64,000 bases of DNA from Alphaproteobacteria bacterium (GCA_024227565.1 JAAEUE010000333.1:10893-74892); one strand, 5' to 3'; numbered from the stretch's first letter, positions 42,921 to 52,124 are shown. The notes: generated by a model not told the origin, from the letters alone. Program-made: numbers and translations.

Positions 42921-43087
42921 AACTTGTTCCCGTCTCCTAGCCCCGGACAAAGCAAGGCTCATGCCACCGTGGGTGTTTGAAACTGGCCCCCAATTTGAGA
43001 GATAGGCACGGCATTTGCTCTGTACGGTGCAGGCTGGACGGAGTGTTCTCGTTTGGCGCTGCAGAAACAAACAAGCAAGAACCGCAA

Positions 43088-43801
43088 ATGACGGCATCAA
43101 GGCCAGAAACTCCGCACCCGCGGCGCCTTCGTTTAACACTGTGTTTTCACGGTGTTGGGGAGATGCCGCACGGCCGTCCCGAGGCTGAAAGGGTTTACTG
43201 GCTGTCAGCAGCAGAGCTGGAGGCGCTGTTCGCTTCACTCGCAGAGTTGGAGGCGCGCCATGATATCGATATCCAACCCGACTTCGACGATGCCAACGAA
43301 AGCGACTATCTTGTCGCTTTGCCATTGCTTAAACGGTTTTCCAAACGTGGTGCCTTCTTTGTGCCCACCGACCGGATAGATCAACCAGGTTTCCTCACTT
43401 CCCGGCAGATCAGGCATCTGGCTCAGGAGGGCATGATACTTGGTTCTCACGGCACCGATCACGTGCCCTGGACCGAGCTTTCAAACAACGAGCTCTCACG
43501 ACAGCTCAGACACTCCAAACGGGTGCTGGAAAATCTGACAGGAAACCAGGTGAAGGGCGCTGCGGCCCCTCATGGGCTCTGGTCGCCGCGCGTTGTCGGC
43601 CAAGTGCTTGCTGCAGGCTATGAGAGGCTCCACACCTGCGGGGAGAGGCCTTGCGAGCAGTATGGCATGCTGAACCATCGCCTCGTCGTGCGCCGCGGTG
43701 ATGATGTGGGCGCGGTGATCTCAAAGAAGCTGCAGATCTTGCGCCGGGTGGCACACAAGGCGAAAGATCTGCATGACAGGCTCTTCGTGACCGCGGCTTA
43801 A
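43088..43801 (+). CDS. Polysaccharide deacetylase (NodB/CE4)
   Basis: FHGV, FDD and GSHGTDH metal-binding motifs. Confidence 0.8.
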   Translation: MTASRPETPHPRRLRLTLCFHGVGEMPHGRPEAERVYWLSAAELEALFASLAELEARHDIDIQPDFDDANESDYLVALPLLKRFSKRGAFFVPTDRIDQPGFLTSRQIRHLAQEGMILGSHGTDHVPWTELSNNELSRQLRHSKRVLENLTGNQVKGAAAPHGLWSPRVVGQVLAAGYERLHTCGERPCEQYGMLNHRLVVRRGDDVGAVISKKLQILRRVAHKAKDLHDRLFVTAA

Positions 43802-44000
43802 ACGGGGCTGGCAGTGTCAGGCAGCGGCTTCAATCAGCGTTGAAAGATGGGCTTGCCACCTCTGTCTTGTTATGACGTGTTGATTGAACTTTGGCGTGCA
43901 GGTGACGAAGGGTTGAGGCCCTTCGAGCTGGAGCGCGTGATTTTGTTGCCTCATACAACAAGCGTAGCGGTTGGCGTGGCCTTTCTGCTATCCATCGGGC

Positions 44001-45287
44001 ATGACCACGCTTGATCTCAGCGACACAGACCGCGCCGCATATTCTGGCGAACGCGGCCCTGTGCTCCAGTTTGCCGCCCAAATGGTTGTGCGGGCTGGCG
44101 AGCTGATGGGCGCGCGTGATCTGATCGATGTGTCCTTCGTTCATGTGGACGCCTGTCATTACTATGGCCAGGCCCATGTGGATTTTGCCCGCTTTGTGGT
44201 TGAGGGCGGCGGCAAGATGATGGTTCCATCATGGACCAACACAGTGCCGGTGAGCGTCGAGGTGCCCGACATGCGGCCGCCAGAAAAGACGCCTGAGTTT
44301 ATCGCCGGTGCCCGTGAACTGATGGGGCTGTACGAGCAGATGGGATGCCGGCCGGTGTGGACATGCGCGCCATATCAGCTGCCCGGTGGGCCAGGTTTGG
44401 GCGAGCACATCGTTGGCTCTGAGTCCAATGCAGTCACCTACTACAACTCAGCCGTCGGTGCCCGCACGAACAAGTACGGCGATTTCCTGGATGTTTGCTG
44501 CGCTTTGTTGGGGCGTGTGCCAAATGCTGGGCTGCACCTGGACGATAACCGCCGGGGACAAATTCTCTTTCGCCTTGCCGATGACGTGCCCGAAGCCTTG
44601 CGGGCCCAGGAGATGCTCGCCCATGTGCTCGGCCACCATGTGGGCAAAACCGCAAGATCGGCAATCCCGGTGATCGACGGCCTGCCGGCAAGCACGACCC
44701 TCGACAGCCAGAAGGCCATAAGTGCGGCCACTGCCGCATCGGGCGGTGTGGCGCTGTTTCACGCAGTGGGCGTAACCCCCGAGGCCCCCGATCTAGAGAC
44801 GGCCCTAGGCAGCCAGGACCCCGCGCGCGTGGAAACCGTCGATATGGACACCTTGCGAACAGCACGCGATGACTTGTCCACCGCAAGCCCAGGACCGCTC
44901 GACATGGTGGCGCTTGGCACACCGCATTTCTCGTTCACCGAATTCGCCCGGCTTGTAGACTTGATGAAAGGTCAAAACGTGGCCAGCGGCCTCATCGTGT
45001 ATGTGTCCACCAGCCGCCATGTGCGCGAACTGGCCGCACAAAAAGGTTGGGTTGAGGAACTGGAGCGCGCCGGCGTTCAGATCATCGTGGACACGTGCAC
45101 CTATTTCACTCCCGCCGTGCGTGGCGCAACGGGGCGGGTGATGACGAATTCTGCCAAGTGGGCCTACTACGCTCCGGGCATGTTGCCGGTGGAGGTTTGC
45201 TTCGGCAGCCTGGAAGATTGCGTGCGCTCGGCGGTGGCAAGTGAAGTGAAACGTGATGAAAGCCTGTGGCAGGGGAGGCCCACATGA
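44001..45287 (+). CDS. Aconitase X catalytic (large) subunit
   Basis: HVD.C.Y, TCAPY, ESNAV..NS..GART, LFHAVG.TPEA, GTPH, DTC and TNSAK.A.Y.PG. Confidence 0.88.
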   Translation: MTTLDLSDTDRAAYSGERGPVLQFAAQMVVRAGELMGARDLIDVSFVHVDACHYYGQAHVDFARFVVEGGGKMMVPSWTNTVPVSVEVPDMRPPEKTPEFIAGARELMGLYEQMGCRPVWTCAPYQLPGGPGLGEHIVGSESNAVTYYNSAVGARTNKYGDFLDVCCALLGRVPNAGLHLDDNRRGQILFRLADDVPEALRAQEMLAHVLGHHVGKTARSAIPVIDGLPASTTLDSQKAISAATAASGGVALFHAVGVTPEAPDLETALGSQDPARVETVDMDTLRTARDDLSTASPGPLDMVALGTPHFSFTEFARLVDLMKGQNVASGLIVYVSTSRHVRELAAQKGWVEELERAGVQIIVDTCTYFTPAVRGATGRVMTNSAKWAYYAPGMLPVEVCFGSLEDCVRSAVASEVKRDESLWQGRPT

Positions 45288-45691
45288 TTGCCGTGACGGT
45301 GCTCCATGAAGGCGATGCGGAAGGCCCTTTGCTCGTGTTGGATGAACCCTTGAGCTTCTGGGGCGGGTTTGATCCGCAAACCGGACGGGTGGTCGATCAG
45401 CATCATCCGCAAGCCGGTGCGCTGGCCGGTGGAACCGTTTTGGCCCTGCCGGAAACACGTGGCTCTGCGGGCACTCCGGCCGGTGTCGCAGAAGCCATTC
45501 GCAAAGGCTGCGGCCCAGTGGCCATCATCACGGCGAAAAAAGACGTCAATCTTGTGGCTGGTGTCATGACGGCCCGTCAGCTTTATGATATCTGCGTGCC
45601 CGTGGTTGAGGTTGCACAAGATGAGTTGAGCAAGCTCACAACCGGGCAGACGGCGCGCCTCAGCGGCGGAAACTTGACCATCCTTCCTTAG
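45284..45691 (+). CDS. Aconitase X swivel (small) subunit, DUF126
   Basis: PLSFWGGFDP.TG.V.D.HHP and RGS. ATGA overlap with the large subunit. Confidence 0.88.
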   Translation: MIAVTVLHEGDAEGPLLVLDEPLSFWGGFDPQTGRVVDQHHPQAGALAGGTVLALPETRGSAGTPAGVAEAIRKGCGPVAIITAKKDVNLVAGVMTARQLYDICVPVVEVAQDELSKLTTGQTARLSGGNLTILP

Positions 45692-45704
45692 TGGGGACAC
45701 CAAC

Positions 45705-47651
45705 TTGGACAAACGCATCAAGCCCTACGGCACCTGGGCCTCACCCATCAGCGCTGATCTTGTGGCGGGGAAATCCCTGCGGCTCGGTCAGGTGCAAGGG
45801 GTCGGAGACGATCTTTACTGGACCGAGGGGCGGCCCGCTGATAGCGGCCGCATCACCATCGTGCACCGGGACGCAGAAGGCGGCATGGTCGATCTGTTGC
45901 CGCCGCCCTATTCGGCGCGGTCCAGCGTGCATGAATACGGCGGAGGAGAGCTCCTGGCGACCACGTCGGGGATCTATTTCGTGAACGCGGATGATCAGGA
46001 GGTTTACACAGTTGAGACTGACGGAACCATCACGCGCCTCACCGAGACCAAGGGATGGCGTTTTTCCGATCTGTGCTTGGACCAGGCCCATAACCGGCTG
46101 ATCGCCGTTGCGGAGATCCACAAGGAAGATCACGATCCGGAACCGGCCAATGCATTGGCCGCCATTTCCCTGCAGCAAGACCAGCTTGGAAGCGTTCGGC
46201 TTCTGGCTCAGGGACAGGATTTTTATGCCAGCCCCAGGTTGTCACCAGATGGCCAAACATTGGCGTGGCTGGAATGGTCGCTGCCCCACATGCCGTGGGA
46301 GGATGCAACTCTGAAGACCGCCGCGCCGGATGCCGATGGGCTCAGTGACGTTCGCACCATTGCAGGCGGCGATGGCACGGCTGCATTCCAACCTGCCTGG
46401 AGCGCAGACGGCGCGCTGTTCTTCGTTTGGGACCAATCAGGCTGGGGTAACCTGCATCGGCTCGGCGAGGATGGCCCGGAATGCATCTGTCAGCATCCGG
46501 CTGAGTTCGGTTTGCCCTTATGGGCGCTGGGGGCCAAGTCGTACGCAATTTTGCCCGATGGCCGTCTGTTCGTGACGTACTTCGAAGAAGGCCGGTCAAA
46601 CGCCGCGCTGCTAACGCCGGAAACCGGTGCTCTCGCACCGTTGAAGACCGGCCTGAGCAATGTTTTTGGCCCAACCTTGCTGGGCGGCAAGGTTGCAGCC
46701 CAAATCACTTCCCACACCGAAGCGCCGGCCATCGGCCTAATTGATCTGGACGGGAGTGTCAGCATCGTTCGCAGATCCGCTGAGTTTGATCTTGCGCCCG
46801 AGGCCTTTTCTGCGGGCCAAGTTTTGAAGCTTCAGGGCAAGGAGGGGCGCACCACCTGGGCGCTCTATTACCCGCCTGCTAGCGTAGATCACGCCGGCCC
46901 TGAGGGCGACGCGCCGCCGATGCTGGTGTCAGCCCATGGCGGCCCGACCGGCATGGCCGACCGGGGCCTGAAGCTGAAGGTGCAATATTGGACCAGCCGC
47001 GGCTTTGCCTATCTGGATGTGGACTATGCCGGCAGCTGGGGCTATGGCCGCGCCTATCGCGAAGCGCTTAATGGTCAGTGGGGCGTTGCCGATGTGGAGG
47101 ACGTTATCGCCGCCAGCGAAGCAGTGGTGGCCAAAGGGCTCGCCGACCCCGGAAAACTCATGATCTCTGGCGGCAGCGCGGGCGGCTACACCGTGCTGAG
47201 TGCTCTGGCGTTCCACGATCTTTATGCGGCGGGCGCCTCCTATTATGGCGTTGCTGACTTGGAGAAGCTTCTGGCACTCACCCATAAGTTTGAGTCTGGT
47301 TATCTCTACGCATTGACCGGCACGCAATCTGGCAACACGGAGGCGGTCTTCAGGGAACGCTCACCCCTGGAGCATGCCGACCAGATCTCGTCCCCGGTGA
47401 TCTTCTTTCAGGGAGACAAGGATTTTGTGGTGCCGCCGGGTCAAAGCCGGGACATGGCCGCTTCGCTTGAGAGCCGGGGCGTGCCGGTTGCCTATTTTGA
47501 GTTCGCCGGCGAAGGGCACGGCTTTAGGGCTGCTGCAACAATTGCTCAAAGTTTGCAGGCAGAATATGCCTTTTATGCCAGGGTGCTGAATCTCGCCGTG
47601 GAAGAGAATTTGGCTGAAATCAATATCAAAAATGAAGGTGCGCTCACGTGA
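45705..47651 (+). CDS. S9 family peptidase (dipeptidyl aminopeptidase/acylaminoacyl peptidase)
   Basis: PYGTW.SPI, HGGP, GGSAGG (Ser), D.VVP (Asp) and EGHGF (His). Confidence 0.92.
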   Translation: MDKRIKPYGTWASPISADLVAGKSLRLGQVQGVGDDLYWTEGRPADSGRITIVHRDAEGGMVDLLPPPYSARSSVHEYGGGELLATTSGIYFVNADDQEVYTVETDGTITRLTETKGWRFSDLCLDQAHNRLIAVAEIHKEDHDPEPANALAAISLQQDQLGSVRLLAQGQDFYASPRLSPDGQTLAWLEWSLPHMPWEDATLKTAAPDADGLSDVRTIAGGDGTAAFQPAWSADGALFFVWDQSGWGNLHRLGEDGPECICQHPAEFGLPLWALGAKSYAILPDGRLFVTYFEEGRSNAALLTPETGALAPLKTGLSNVFGPTLLGGKVAAQITSHTEAPAIGLIDLDGSVSIVRRSAEFDLAPEAFSAGQVLKLQGKEGRTTWALYYPPASVDHAGPEGDAPPMLVSAHGGPTGMADRGLKLKVQYWTSRGFAYLDVDYAGSWGYGRAYREALNGQWGVADVEDVIAASEAVVAKGLADPGKLMISGGSAGGYTVLSALAFHDLYAAGASYYGVADLEKLLALTHKFESGYLYALTGTQSGNTEAVFRERSPLEHADQISSPVIFFQGDKDFVVPPGQSRDMAASLESRGVPVAYFEFAGEGHGFRAAATIAQSLQAEYAFYARVLNLAVEENLAEINIKNEGALT

Positions 47652-48706
47652 ACTTTGCCTCTGACAATGCTTATGGCGTCTCGCCGGAAATCATCGAAGC
47701 GCTTGCGGCCGTGAATGCAGGTGCCGTTGGATCGTATGGGGGAGATGAGACAACTGCTCGCCTGGGCGAGAAGATGTCGGAAGTGTTTGAGAAAGATGTC
47801 GCGGTGTTCCCCGTGCCCTCAGGCACCGGCTCCAATGCCCTGTCGCTTTCCACCATGGTGCCATCATTTGGCGCCGTCCTATGTCACGAAGAAGCGCATA
47901 TCAATGTGGACGAATGCGGTGCGGTTGAGCTTTATTGCGGCGGATGTAAACTGATCGGGCTTGCCGGCACCGGCGCAAAACTAACCGCCGAAGGGCTTAC
48001 GGAGCGGCTGGCGGGATTTGTGCGCGGCGATCACGACCCGCGCCGGTCTGCGGTGAGCATTACCCAGGCAACGGAGCTTGGCACAGTCTATTCCGTGGAG
48101 GAAATTACGGCCATTGGAGATCTGTGCAAAGAAAACGGTATGCGATTGCACATGGATGGCGCCCGGTTTGCCAACGCGCTGGTGTCGCTTGGCTGCACGC
48201 CGGCAGAGATGACCTGGAAGGCAGGCGTCGATGCGCTGTCTTTCGGCGTTACGAAGAATGGCGGCATGATCACCGATGCGGTGGTGTTCTTCGATAGCGC
48301 CCTGGCAGAAGACTTCGATCGCCGGCGATTGCAGGGTGGTCACCTTATCGCCAAGGGGCGCTATGCGTCGGCGCAGGTTTTGGCGTATCTGGAAGATGAT
48401 CTGTGGCTGGACAATGCCCGGCACGCCAACAGCTTGGCGGCAAAACTGAGCGCCAGGTTGGCTGCGGTCGAAGGAGTTCGATTGCACACTAAAACACAGG
48501 CCAATGAGGTCTTCGCGGTGCTCCCGCCCCATGTCCACCAGGCGTTGCAGGACGCGGGGGCCATCTATCATTGCTGGCCGCCAAACCAGAACAGCGGGCC
48601 TGTGCCTGCGGTGCCCGGCGAAGTTCTTGCGCGCTTGGTGTTGTCCTTCGGCACAGCTGAAGCTGACGCGGATCAGTTCATAGAAGCTGCGATTGGCGCT
48701 TCTTAA
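47648..48706 (+). CDS. ltaE: Low-specificity L-threonine aldolase
   Basis: FASDN, GTGSNAL, DECGA, HMDGARFANA and SFG.TKNG (PLP Lys). Confidence 0.9.
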   Translation: MNFASDNAYGVSPEIIEALAAVNAGAVGSYGGDETTARLGEKMSEVFEKDVAVFPVPSGTGSNALSLSTMVPSFGAVLCHEEAHINVDECGAVELYCGGCKLIGLAGTGAKLTAEGLTERLAGFVRGDHDPRRSAVSITQATELGTVYSVEEITAIGDLCKENGMRLHMDGARFANALVSLGCTPAEMTWKAGVDALSFGVTKNGGMITDAVVFFDSALAEDFDRRRLQGGHLIAKGRYASAQVLAYLEDDLWLDNARHANSLAAKLSARLAAVEGVRLHTKTQANEVFAVLPPHVHQALQDAGAIYHCWPPNQNSGPVPAVPGEVLARLVLSFGTAEADADQFIEAAIGAS

Positions 48707-48713
48707 GCTGTGC

Positions 48714-49019
48714 TTACTGTTCTTTGCGGAACAGGACTTCGCCGCGCCGCGCAACCAGCATCAACTCCAGTGTGACTGGATGGAAGTAGGCTTCCACCCG
48801 CTTACCCTCCGGTGACGTGCCGTAGGCTTCGTAGCAGCCGCCATCTTCCTTCACGTGCCGCACCGTCCAGCCGTCCGCCTTCATCTTGTCTTCAAGCTGT
48901 GTGGTCGTCTTCCAGGCGGCGCGGTCTGTGGTGCTGCACTCATAAAGTCCTGTTGCCCCAGACGGCCAGGCCAGGAAGATTACAGGCAAAAGCCCAAGCG
49001 CAAATCCGAGCTGTTTCAT
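48714..49019 (-). CDS. PepSY_2 domain protein
   Basis: Signal peptide, then GW.VR..K..GGCYE.Y and RVEAYFHPVTLE. Start ATG 49019 after AAGGA. Confidence 0.8.
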   Translation of the reverse strand: MKQLGFALGLLPVIFLAWPSGATGLYECSTTDRAAWKTTTQLEDKMKADGWTVRHVKEDGGCYEAYGTSPEGKRVEAYFHPVTLELMLVARRGEVLFRKEQ

Positions 49020-49032
49020 CTTGTCGTGTCCT

Positions 49033-49665
49033 TTAAGATGTTGGGGAAGCGGGATCCAAAGCGCTGCCGCGCTGTTTGCCGCTGATGAGTTTCCAAATCC
49101 GGTAGGCTTGCAACAGCGCCAATGGAACGAAATGCACCAGCGCCGGTCCGAAATTGTTATGCACGAACATCCAGTGCACAAGCGTGAGCAGGGCAGCGCC
49201 ATAGACCCAGCGCTGCAACGGCTGCCACGCCGATAAGAGCAAACGTTGCGAAGCGTTGTTACTGGTAAAACCAAGCGGCAGAAATATGGCGAAGGCCGCC
49301 CAGCCGGTCCAGATGCCAAGCGCGAAGAATTCATCCAGCATCGCCTTCAGCGTCTGCATATCGACGATGTAGAGCACCGTGTGCAGAACGGCGTAGAGGA
49401 ATGCCGCAACACCGAAATAGCGCCGGCGGCGCATCAGCCATACCGGCCAGCGTGCCTTGGGAAAGAGCATTCTGAGCGGCGTGATGGCCATGGCGATGAT
49501 CATGAAACGGGCCGCGAACTCCCCTGTGGGGTGCAGAAGTCCTTCTGCATTCGCGTTGCCCGAGGCCAATCCAGCAACCATCGGAATTGACGGAATGGCT
49601 AGGAGAGCCCAGAGAAAGTACCGGGAATTCAATATGTTAGAAACGTTAGCCAAGACTGTTCTCAA
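49033..49665 (-). CDS. Ferric reductase-like transmembrane haem protein (MsrQ-like)
   Basis: TG..A, ITPL, RRR.FGV.AF.YA.LH and TS. Start position approximate. Confidence 0.8.
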   Translation of the reverse strand: MRTVLANVSNILNSRYFLWALLAIPSIPMVAGLASGNANAEGLLHPTGEFAARFMIIAMAITPLRMLFPKARWPVWLMRRRRYFGVAAFLYAVLHTVLYIVDMQTLKAMLDEFFALGIWTGWAAFAIFLPLGFTSNNASQRLLLSAWQPLQRWVYGAALLTLVHWMFVHNNFGPALVHFVPLALLQAYRIWKLISGKQRGSALDPASPTS

Positions 49666-49752
49666 TGCTGCTTTAGGCGCCGACACCTGTGTGACGTGCA
49701 GACGGGTGGATGTCCGTCGCCGCAAGTTCGAATATTTCTCTGGCCGGCGCGA

Positions 49753-50673
49753 TCAGTCCGGCTCACGTCGCAGCTCGTGGCATGAGCAATGCACCCCGCC
49801 ACCGCCGAGAGCGAACATGTCATAGTCAATTGCGGTGACGGCAAACCCGGCCTCTTCAAGCTGCCGGTTCACATTGATGTTGTGGCTCATGGACAACACC
49901 CGCCTGTTGCCCAAGGAGACAACATTGCCTCCTAATTTCACACAATCGGCGTAGGAAACCTTGATCACGTCAATGCCATGGGTTTGTTTGATGTAGTCCA
50001 GGGCGTAAGATTGCAGCGCATCTTCGCACACCAGGGCAAGCCCTTTTTCCAGCATCACAACCACAGCATCCATGTGCACAAACTGCGGCGGAATCGGTGA
50101 AACCAGAACCTCCCAACCTTCGGCCCGCAGCCAACCGGCCACCTAGTCTGCGCCCTCGCGCGTCGAACGGTCGCCGGACCAGCCGAGAAGGGCAACGCCG
50201 GGCTTGAGGATGACAAAGTCGCCACCTTCAAAGTGGCCAGCCGTCACCCAGTTCCAGATCGCGATGCCAGCGCTGCTGTAGAACTTGGCAGCAACCGAAT
50301 AGTCACGCCGGCGCGGCGGCGTCTGGATCGATGTTATCACCGCACCCCACGGGGTCATGAAGCTTGAGTCTCTGGTGAACACCGAAGAGGGGAGCCCTTC
50401 GTCCGCATCGACAAAGTGCACCCGAACGCCATTGCTCTCGTAAATGTCCACCATCTCCCGGTGCTGGCGCACGGCGGCCTGTTGATCGAAGCGATGTCCC
50501 ATCTTGTCCATATTGGCGAAGGTGACGGCGGATATCGAATTGAGCGGGACCCAACGGAAATGATCGGGCTTACCCAATAGCACATCGGTCAGAACACCCG
50601 TTTGAGCCTGAATGCCCCACGGCACCAAGGGTGCTTCGGCGGCACCCTCCAGGTTCTTTGTATGAAGCGTCAT
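49753..50673 (-). pseudogene. Amidinotransferase/DDAH (pentein) superfamily gene interrupted by an in-frame TAG at 50143-50145
   Basis: Two ORFs in the same frame are separated only by TAG (..GCA GAC TAG GTG GCC..). The 5' half has FTRD and FEGGD; the 3' half has HMD and GGGGVHC. Confidence 0.85.
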
Positions 50674-50686
50674 GTAATGCTGTCCC

Positions 50687-51073
50687 CTAGTCTAGCAAGG
50701 CGTAGCCGCCATCTTCATTATGGATTTCCTGGCCGGTCAGCGCTGGTGTAAAAACACAAACCAGACACAGCTGACCTTCGGTGGCGCGCAAAATGTGGGC
50801 GTCGTGCTTGTCAAGCACGTAGATCGTGCCTGGGCGCACTTGGTGAGTTTCGCCTGTGGCCACGTTCACCACTTCGCCCTTTCCCGCCGAGCAATAGTTG
50901 GTCTCAATATGGTTCTTGAACTCGAGGTGAAGCTCGCAACCCTCGTCCAACATCGTGTCGTGAAACGAATAGCTCAGGCCGTCTTCCTTCAGAAGGATGC
51001 GTCGGCTCTCCCAACCATCTCCGACGATATGCCGTTCTCCACCAAGCAGATCCTCTAGTTTTTTCACGATCAT
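50687..51073 (-). CDS. ectC: Ectoine synthase (solitary, no ectAB in window)
   Basis: WES.R.LLK.DG..SFH.T, NH.E..YC, G..Y.LDKHD.H and CVF.P.LTG.E.H..G.Y. Confidence 0.88.
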   Translation of the reverse strand: MIVKKLEDLLGGERHIVGDGWESRRILLKEDGLSYSFHDTMLDEGCELHLEFKNHIETNYCSAGKGEVVNVATGETHQVRPGTIYVLDKHDAHILRATEGQLCLVCVFTPALTGQEIHNEDGGYALLD

Positions 51074-51685
51074 CTAGTTTGCCTTGTTCGCCCGGTAGTC
51101 GCGCGGGCTCATCTGAAAATGGTCACGGAAGGATTTTGAGAAATGCTGCATGTTCTCAAAGCCGCGCGCCATGGCGAGTTCGGTGATTGTCCGGTCTGCC
51201 AGTTGGGCCGCCTCCGACCCGCCAACCTGACTTGCGCAGTCGATCCGCATGCCCGTAAGTTGGCCAGCTTCAGGCAAGCGGCCCAGCAGGTCGGCTTTCC
51301 GCACCTGCAACACCAGCTGCTGGAAACCGCCCGTCAGTGACAAGTGATAAGGATCGGTGCTGCAGTAGAGCGCGCAATCTCCTCTTTTCAGTTCGGCACG
51401 CCGGTCATGCTGCGTGATATCGGCTGCGTTGGAAGTTTGAAGGCTCAGGAGGAAATACTCCTCATCGGCCTGGGCGATATCTTGGGGGCGGCGGTAAACA
51501 TCGTGAGCGTTGCCCGACACCAGTGAGACAGCGATATTGGGATAGCGCCGCAGCTTGATTTCACCTTGAAAGCCGGAAGGTTGTTCAATCTCGCAGCCCA
51601 AATGCACGTAGGCATCACACACCGCCTCACGCCAATAGGAAAAGCGTTCACGCTCCGCTACGGTTTCTGTACTGAAGTGCTCCAT
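51074..51685 (-). pseudogene. AraC-family regulator (FeaR/NitR type) with apparent internal in-frame deletion
   Basis: The ligand-binding domain (RF.YW.EAVC, Q..R.A.L..GD) is joined directly to the second HTH (TITELA...GF....HFS..FR..F..SPRDYR). The first HTH is missing and the protein is only 203 aa. Confidence 0.7.
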
Positions 51686-51872
51686 CGGTCACAAAGCCTC
51701 CTGTATTGCCGGCAACTCCTGCAGAGCCAAACGGGCAGAGGTCGCTGCATCGTTTCTCAAAAACGCAAACGATTGCGCCCAAACAGCAAAGCGTATGGTG
51801 GCAGTGTTTGGCAGACTAACGCGTTAGGAGGGCGGCCACAACTCGCCGCCGCGCAAGCAAAAGGTGCTCCAA

Positions 51873-52124
51873 ATGACACAGCAAGCATTCAAAGTGGCCG
51901 CCGTGCAGGCGGCGCCGGCCTTTCTCGATCTGGAGGGATCGGTTGAGAAAGCGGTCTCATTGATTGATGACGCAGGCGCGCAAGGGGTCAAGCTCATCGC
52001 GTTGCCGGAAACCTGGATTCCCGGGTATCCTTGGTGGATATGGCTGGGCGCGCCGGCCTGGGGCATGCAGAATGTGGCCGAGGAAGACGCGGCCGGTGAT
52101 GGCGCGGAGGCTGCATTCGTGTAG
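51873..52124 (+). pseudogene. Nitrilase remnant (N-terminal ~66 aa plus a short acidic tail)
   Basis: [28 protein letters not shown] match the nitrilase N-terminus. The catalytic Lys and Cys regions are absent. Confidence 0.85.

Noticed and set aside
50143-50145. Pyrrolysine or programmed recoding of the in-frame TAG
   Set aside because: No pyl genes are in the window, the position is non-catalytic and one transition from CAG, and neighbouring genes are also damaged. Many other genes here use TAG as a normal stop.
50687-51073. Complete ectoine biosynthesis locus
   Set aside because: No ectA, ectB or ask is present in the window, so ectC alone cannot support that call.
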